NCBI RefSeq assembly: GCF_009914755.1
Contig: NC_060937.1
Direction: 5' to 3' (one strand)
DNA length: 64,000 nucleotides
DNA from: the human T2T-CHM13v2.0 reference genome, Homo sapiens
Part shown: positions 56,838-64,000 of the stretch, piece after piece
How positions within the stretch are numbered: the stretch's first letter is position 1
Layout: the number at the start of each line of letters is the position of its first letter
Program-made: the position numbers and the translations under genes
Notes under the pieces: model-generated
Told to the model about the DNA's origin: nothing
The model's input: the letters and a program-made list of their open reading frames with translations, nothing else
Databases searched by the model: none

Positions 56838-58275
56838 AGACATCACATTGCTGACTTCAAAGTATACTACAAGGCTATAGTAACCAAAACAGCATAATAC
56901 TGGCATGAAAGTAGACACACAGATTAATGGAAATCAATAGAGAACACAGAAATAAAGCAACATACATATAGCCAATGGATCTCTGACAAAGCTGACAAAA
57001 GCAAACACTTGGAAAGGAATACCCTATTCATTAAAAGGTGCTGGGAAAATTGAATTGCTATATGCAGAAGAATGAAACTGTGCCACTATCTTTTTCCATA
57101 TAAAAATATTAACTCAGGACGTATTAAAGACTTAACTTTAAGACCTGAAACTATAAAAATACTAGAAGAAAACCTAGAAAAAAATTTTCTGGACATTAGC
57201 CTAGGTAAAGAATCCATAACTAAGACCACAAAAGCAAATGCAGCAAAACCAAAAATAGACAATTGGGACTTTATTAAACCATAAATCTTCTACACAGCAA
57301 GAGACAGTCAACAGAGTAAACAGACAACTTTTAGAATGGGAGAAAATATTTGCAAATTCTCCATCTGACCAAGGACTAATATGCAGAATTTACAAGGAAC
57401 TCAAACAACTCAACAAGAAAAAAACAAATAGCCCCATCAAAAAGTAGGCAAAGGACATAAGCAAAAGAAAACATCAAATGGTTAATAAGCATATGAAAAC
57501 AATGCTTAACATCACTAATCATCAGAGAAATCCAAATTAAAACCACAATGGGATACCATCTTACACTATTCAGAATGGCTACTGTTAAAAATTCTAAAAA
57601 TAACGAATGTTGGTGAGGATGCAGAGAAAAGGGAACACTGATACACTGTTGGTAGGCATGGAAATTAGTACAACCTCTATCAAAAACTGTATGGAGATTT
57701 CCCAAAGAACTAAAAATAAAACTGCCATTCAATCCAGCAATCCCAGTACAGGGCATCTACCCAAAGGAAAAGAATCTACTGTATAAAAAAGAAACCTGCA
57801 CTCATATGTTTATCACAGCACTATTCACAACTGCAAAGATATGGAATCAGCCTAAGTGTCCATCAGCAGATGACTGGAGAAAGAAAATGTCATATGTGTG
57901 TGTGTATATATAAAATGGAGTACTACTCAGCCATAAAAAAATAAAGCCATGTCTTTTGAATCAACATGGATGGAACTGGAGGCCATTAACTTATGTTAAA
58001 AAAAAAAACAGAAACAGAAAGTCAAATATTGCATATTCTCACTTATAGGTGGGAGCTAAATAATGTGTACACAGGGACACATAATGTGGAATAATAGACT
58101 TTGGAGACTTGGAAGCGTGGGAGAGTGGGAAGGGTATGAGGAATGAGAAAGTATTTAATGGATACAATGTACACTATTCAGGTGATGGTTACACTAAAAG
58201 CCCAGACTTCACCACTGTGCAATATATCCATGTAACATAACTGCACTTATACCCCTTAAATATCTATCAATAAAA
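56838..58275 (+). mobile_element. L1MA1/2- or L1PB4-like LINE, 5'-truncated
   Basis: Degenerate ORF2 C-terminus; 3'UTR GGTGATGGTTACACTAAAAGCCCAGACTTCACCACT..AATAAAA. Confidence 0.92.
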
Positions 58276-58579
58276 GAGAAGGAGACAGCTATAGCCAAGG
58301 CTGCCTAGAGCATAGGGTGTAACCAGGAAGAAGTAACCAATATGGCTACACTTTGCAGGATAACCCTAATTATTACACAGAGGAGTTTGTACTTTATTTG
58401 GGTATCAACTAGAAGTAATTTAAGTTTGGCAGTGACGTGATGGAAGAAGTGTTCAGAGATGAGTCTGGTAATGCAAGGCCTATGCATTGTGTTGGAAAAA
58501 GGAGAAAGACCACAGGAATCAAGAGCAACTGAGAGAAGAAGAGACTAGATTAGAGGATCGAGGGGGAAGAATTGAAGTG

Positions 58580-59590
58580 TGTGATGATTCATTTTATGTG
58601 TTAACTTGACTGGGTGAAGGAATGCTCAGATAGCTGGTAAAACATTATTTCTGGGTGTATCTGTGAGGGTGTCTTCAGGAGATATCAGAATTTGAGTCTT
58701 TACACTTACTGAAGAAGATAATCCTCATCAATGAAAACGGGCATCACCCAATCCTTTGAGATCCTGAATAATACAAAAAGACAGAGTGTATTAGTGTGTT
58801 CTCACATTGCTATAAAGAAATGCCTGAGACTGGGTAATTTATAAAGAAAAGAGGTTTAAATTGGCTCACAGTTCCACAGGCTTTACAGGAAGCATGGCTG
58901 AGGAGGCCTCAGGAAACTTACCATCATGGCAGAAGGCAAAGGGGAAGCAGGCTCGTCTTACACGGCTGGAGCAGAAAGAAGTTGGGGAGGGAGGTGCCAC
59001 ACACTTTTAAACAACCAGATCTCATGAGAACTCTATCATTTGAATAGCACCAAAGAGATGGTGCTAAGCCATTCATGAGAACTCCACCCCCATGATCCAA
59101 TCACCTGCCACCAGGCCCCACCACCAACACTGGGGATTACAATTTTACATGAGATTTGAGAGGGGCACAGATCCAAACCATATTTAGAGGAAGCACAAAT
59201 TTTCTCTCTCTTCTTGAGCTGAGACATCCATTTTCTCCTGCTCTCAGACACTGGAGCTCTTGATTTTCAGGCTTTTGGACTCTGGGACTTATATTAGCTG
59301 TCCTCCCCAATCCATACACCAACCCTGGGTTTCAGCTTCAGACCTCACCTTCCACTTCAGACTGAATTACATCACCAGGCTTCCTGGTTCTCAAACTTGC
59401 AGATGGCATATCGTGGGACTTTGCAGCCTCCATAACCATGCAGGCCAATTCCCATAATAAATCTCTTCTTATGTACCTATGTGTGTGTGTGTGTGTATGG
59501 TGTATGTGCATATACCCATATATACACATATTTATATCCTACATATTCATCATATTGGTTCTGTTTTTCTGGAGAAGGCTGACTATTATA
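58580..59590 (+). mobile_element. MLT2B-like LTR interrupted by MSTA
   Basis: TGTGATG..TTTTATGTGTTAACTTGACTGGG..AAACATTATTTCTGGGTGT; 3' part CAGCCTCCATAACC..ATTGGTTCTGTTTTTCTGGAGAA. Confidence 0.85.
58787..59184 (-). mobile_element. MSTA-like solo LTR
   Basis: TGTATTAGT..GCTATAAAGAAAT.CCTGAGACTGGGTAATTTATAAAGAAAAGAGG..ACAGATCCAAACCATAT; near-TSD CAGAG/TAGAG. Confidence 0.9.
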
Positions 59591-61769
59591 TAGTGGGAGC
59601 AATTTCCAGAGGCATGTGCCAGTGGAAGGAAAAGGGCTTAGTAACTGATCAGCATAGAAGGGCAGTGTTGACTCAAAGGTTTCAAACCTAAGCTTCCTCT
59701 CATAAACAGATAAGAGATCCATGTACGGTAAAAGGAAAGGAGGTAAAGGAGCTACTAAATTATAAGATGGGGCTGCTGCCAAGCATTTTTGTCAATGTGT
59801 CTTGATGTAACAGTCTTATCCAAATTCCTAAGTACTTCACTGAAAGTGTCTCAAAACAAAGCAAGATAGCTTTATGCGGCAGTATTAGAAAAAAGAGTGA
59901 GTCAAATCCTGCTATCAGCTGTATCCATGCAATGTCCTTTAAACTTTTATATGCATGACTGTGGACAAACTATAAGCAGAGTTAACAATTTTGTTATCAT
60001 GAAACTACCTTTCTCAAATATATGTACAATGTGATTTTTTTAAATACAATGAGATACCAGACACCTTTCTTCAGTGATAAGTGAAAAAAATGAGGATTTA
60101 ATATCCTCAAGAAGCTAATTATAGGTCACCAGATTACAGGTAATTCAGAGAAGCTACAAAATCTAACATCTCTATTTCCACCAGCACATACGTTGAAACC
60201 ACTCTGACAACGCTGTCATTCTCCTTTGTGAGACCAAGGCAGGATGACAGGCTCTAAATAATGCATAAGCCACCAGCATTCCTGTTCATATCCCTTTTCA
60301 AAAAATGGTGAAGAGTCTCTTTTATAGTCCATAAAGAATTGAAATCATATGGTGAATCCTGATAATTGCTTTCAGAAGGAGCTCTTGGCACAAGCTCTAG
60401 GGTCTTCAGTTCACTCATGTCGGGAACACAGACCGTCACTGCATATAGATGAGTACAGCACCCAGAGAGCCACCCAGCTGCAGAGTTTTCCCAAGGTTGG
60501 AAGGATCCATGTCAGCTTGAAATCTTATCTCTACTCCTTCCTCACCAATTAGCATTTTTGTCACCCACATCATTCCTTTCTTATGAAGTCAAGTTAATAT
60601 TTTACACAAGTCAACAGTGCTCTCAGAGAAATGTGAAACTCTTTTCCTCTGAATACAGATTTCAGTCTAAGCGGACTGAGAAAAGAATAGAAAAATAACC
60701 AACATGTACATTAGCACTAGCCATCCATTTCTGGGCCACACAGATGCACACTGCCACTTCAATGTTTCACTGAAAGTAGGGCCAAAGAAGAACTACAGAG
60801 GGAGATGAAGTGGTGGGAAGAAACACGCTCTGTCTAAGCATAACACGTCTTCCTTCTTTTCTCTCCTCTCCCTTTCTCTGGGTTCTCCTTAGGTTATAAA
60901 CTCTCAGGATGAATTCTTCCAAGATAATGCTAACAAAATCATCTCACTCTGGTCCCTGAATTCACAGCAACTGTAACAGCAACATCCTCTTCCATGAGAT
61001 TTCTTATATTGTTGCTTTGTTTCACCATTTATTATGTGTATATGATTTACATGCACTCCAGGTAAAAGCCATAAAGTAGAGAATGTATGTTGTCCGATGG
61101 TTTCATCTACATTCCTTCTAGTGCATAGTACTGAGAACATGGGTTTTTAAAAAATATTTGTAAAATGAATAAACATTAACTTTAGAAGCCAGTTTCTTAG
61201 GAGTAGTGGGATTAGTGGCATGCACAGGATTTAGCTGAGAGTAACTATGTTAATGAAATCTTGTATAAAGAGAAGTAAACATAATTCCTACTAGAGGAAA
61301 GGGGAGCAAGCTGGGAATCAGGAGCTGAAAATTCAACCTGTCCATGGTGCATTCACAAGGGCCAAATGTTTCAACTCAGGCTAAGACCACAGAAAGCTCT
61401 TAATGCTATTCAGTAGAGATTTACATGGTAGGGATTGTAAAGAGAAGTCAAATCAATTTATCAAAGCATATTATTTTATCATCTGCATGACTTCTTTTGG
61501 AAATAATGTTTTCTAGTCACCTAGCATAGCTTAGTATTTTATCTCATAGCCCTGGGTAGTAGCGTGTTGGTTGGCTTATCATATGCATACACACACACAC
61601 AGTGGTAAATGATCCTCAAGCCTACTTTACATGTATGAAAACAGGCACAAAGGGTCAAAATGCTTTGCCCACAGCTTCATAACATAACATCAGGAGTCAT
61701 GACGTGGGCCTTGTTCTTCTGTGACACAAGCCTGCATTTAGTCTTCAGTTAATGCACACTACAAAGGAG

Positions 61770-62155
61770 CGGTGTGATGAGGTAATGAAGTAGGTTATAG
61801 ATCCGCTTTTGAGATCCTAAGCGCTGCCCAACTTTAGGCAAATTACTTACCTCTCTCAGCCTTAATTTTGACATCTGAAAAGGTAATTCCTAACAGCAGA
61901 CATATTGTGATTGGAGATAAGTGTAAAACCGTGGTTCTCAGTTCCTAAGAATCCCCAGCAGGGCTTGTTAAAGACCATTTGCTGGACCCCATCATTCGAC
62001 TTTCTGAATCAGTAGTTCTGGAGTAGAGGCCAGGAATTTGCATTTCCAGCAAGTTCTCAGATGACACTGATGTCTAGGGACCACACTTTGAGAATCTGTG
62101 ATCTAATGCAACTATCATAGAATGGGCATTCAATAAGTACTGGTTATTATTATTT
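61770..62155 (+). mobile_element. MIR interrupted by MER5A
   Basis: CTTTAGGCAAATTACTTACCTCTCTCAGCCT core; CATTCAATAAGTACTGGTTATTATTATT tail. Confidence 0.6.
61930..62100. mobile_element. MER5A hAT-Charlie DNA transposon
   Basis: GTGGTTCTCA..GGGCTTGTTAAA..TTCTGAATCAGTAG..GAATTTGCATTTC..CAAGTTCTCAG..GGGACCACACTTTGAGAA. Confidence 0.85.
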
Positions 62156-62899
62156 CTAAAGCAGAGAAGGCAAGAAATGCCAGATGATGGGGATGGCATT
62201 GAATAACCACAGGAGACATAACCAAGAGCACAAGTCCTGAAAACTCAACACGGATGGTCATCTCAGCCAAAGCAAATTTGCAAGCCTTAAGAAGGAAGTG
62301 CTGCTCCTTAGTATTTATGCTTTAAAAAAAAACCCTTCATTTTACAAATGACTTTTATAAAATTTTTAATGGCTCGTACAATGGACTGTACGGAAATGAT
62401 TTACTTGCCTGTCTACTTCCTCTTCATATGTAACCTCTTCTCTGAATGTGGTGAAACTTTAACGGCCAAGGAGTTGGATGATTAACATTAACGGGAGTTG
62501 CCTGTGTTAATCCCTTGTGCATAACTGGATTTTTATCTGTTAAACTTTTCGAGATTTAGCCCTTACACATGTAATACAATTTGTGTCAGAAAAATTCAGT
62601 AAATGTGTTTTATTTAAAAGTGAACACTTGGAAGTTGGAATGTTGGCTCATCCGTAGGAGACACAGAAACACTACTGAATATCTAATAGTTATAATTTTT
62701 AAACAATTAATGCCATATGTAGTGGCAATTTGAGATAAAGAAGTGCCTGGGGACATGGAAAATCTCTTTTGTAACTGTATAGTAAAAAAGCAATTATTGA
62801 GCCAGATTAAGTTTGAGATTTGGGGCCATACCTGTGTTCCCTATTTCTATTAATTCTCCCTGTCATCAAAACTTAGGAAAAGCAAAGATAGCACAAATG

Positions 62900-63320
62900 T
62901 TCTTATCTATCCACCCTTCATATCTGAGACTGATTCTGTTCTCAACTTTCATCTCAACTGTTCCCTCATTCTTATTTCCATTTCCTCAGTTCAGAGCCTC
63001 ATTTATTTTCGTTGGATTATTTCAATAACCACTTAATTCCTCATTGCCCCATTCCAGGACATCTTACACCTAATGTCATATAATTTTTCTTGTGTCATGC
63101 CAACCCTCCCTTCATAAGGCAATGCTTTGTATTGCCTAGTGAAGAAATGACCAAATTTGGCCCGAAAATCAAGACTTCCATTATCTGGTCCAACCTCATT
63201 TTACTAGTTTATTTTTACATTCACATCAACTCAGCCATATGGAACAACCAATGACTTCTGGCAAATCTTGAGCTTTCTTCCCTCTATGTCATTGCCTGCA
63301 CTATCTCTCTGTCTCTTTAA
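62900..63320 (+). mobile_element. L2 fragment
   Basis: Degenerate pyrimidine-rich L2 body (CTCAGTTCAGAGCCTCAT..GGATTATTTCAATAACC). Confidence 0.45.
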
Positions 63321-64000
63321 ATAACCAAAAAAAATTTTAGTGCTTTATTATTTATAAAACAATTTTGTAAGAATTGTGTCAATAGGCCCTCAAAGAGGAT
63401 ATAAATAGAGGTGTACACTAGGCATTTTCCTTTCCATTAAACAGAAGAGTAAATAGAGACTTACAGATATTAGCTGTTGATAGGAACAGCCTAGCAGAGA
63501 TATAGCTACAATAACTCTAAAACAAAATTAAACCAAACACACATACACACAAAAATCATTCCAGCTTAACACAATCTCATCTTATAAATCATAATAAGGA
63601 AAGAACTTACAAGATCTCTACATCAAAATGTATCTGAAAAATGTGTCTCGATAGAAGATGAGTCAATTCAATGATAATTACATTTAAGGCAGGCCTATGT
63701 AGAATGAATCCCAATAGCCTGAATATGGATCCTCTATGGAGCTACCAATTACTGCTACTGAAAATTTATGACTAATGGATTATATATTAATTTCATATCT
63801 AGGGAGTTTTGCACCCCCATCAAATAGACTCTCCCCTCATTTTCCTTTCCTAATGAGTTTCTATTCCTTGGTTTTACATACTCTTTTCACGCAAAAAGAA
63901 ATCCAGAAGTTTGTGATAATGCTAGCTTTCTTCTTACTAACATTGTTGTCAATAAAACATAAACATTTTATCACAATGGAATAGGTGAATTTTAGGTTTT

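Overview
AT-rich, CpG-poor primate (most likely human) non-coding DNA, either intergenic or deep intronic. I can support no protein-coding exon, RNA gene, CpG-island promoter or CRISPR array. Roughly half or more of the window is interspersed repeat: about 13 Alu/FLAM copies, about 10 L1 pieces (L1PA3-like to L1M), a complete THE1A MaLR provirus, solo LTRs (MLT1, MLT2, MSTA, MER41B, MER57-like, MER74-like, LTR16-like), DNA-transposon relics (MER5, MER20, MER46, MER82, Kanga, MADE1), and L2/MIR. The recognisable ORFs in the track are L1 ORF2, MaLR-internal, Alu or simple-repeat translations. I found no new biological system. The most notable signals are structural: a 115-bp-arm fold-back hairpin in an L1 3'UTR, an Alu with a twin-priming-type 5' micro-inversion, an old L1MA with a 5' inversion, and a perfect 29-bp inverted repeat in apparently unique DNA. 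Subfamily names come from my recollection of consensus sequences, not a database search, and boundaries of old repeats are approximate.
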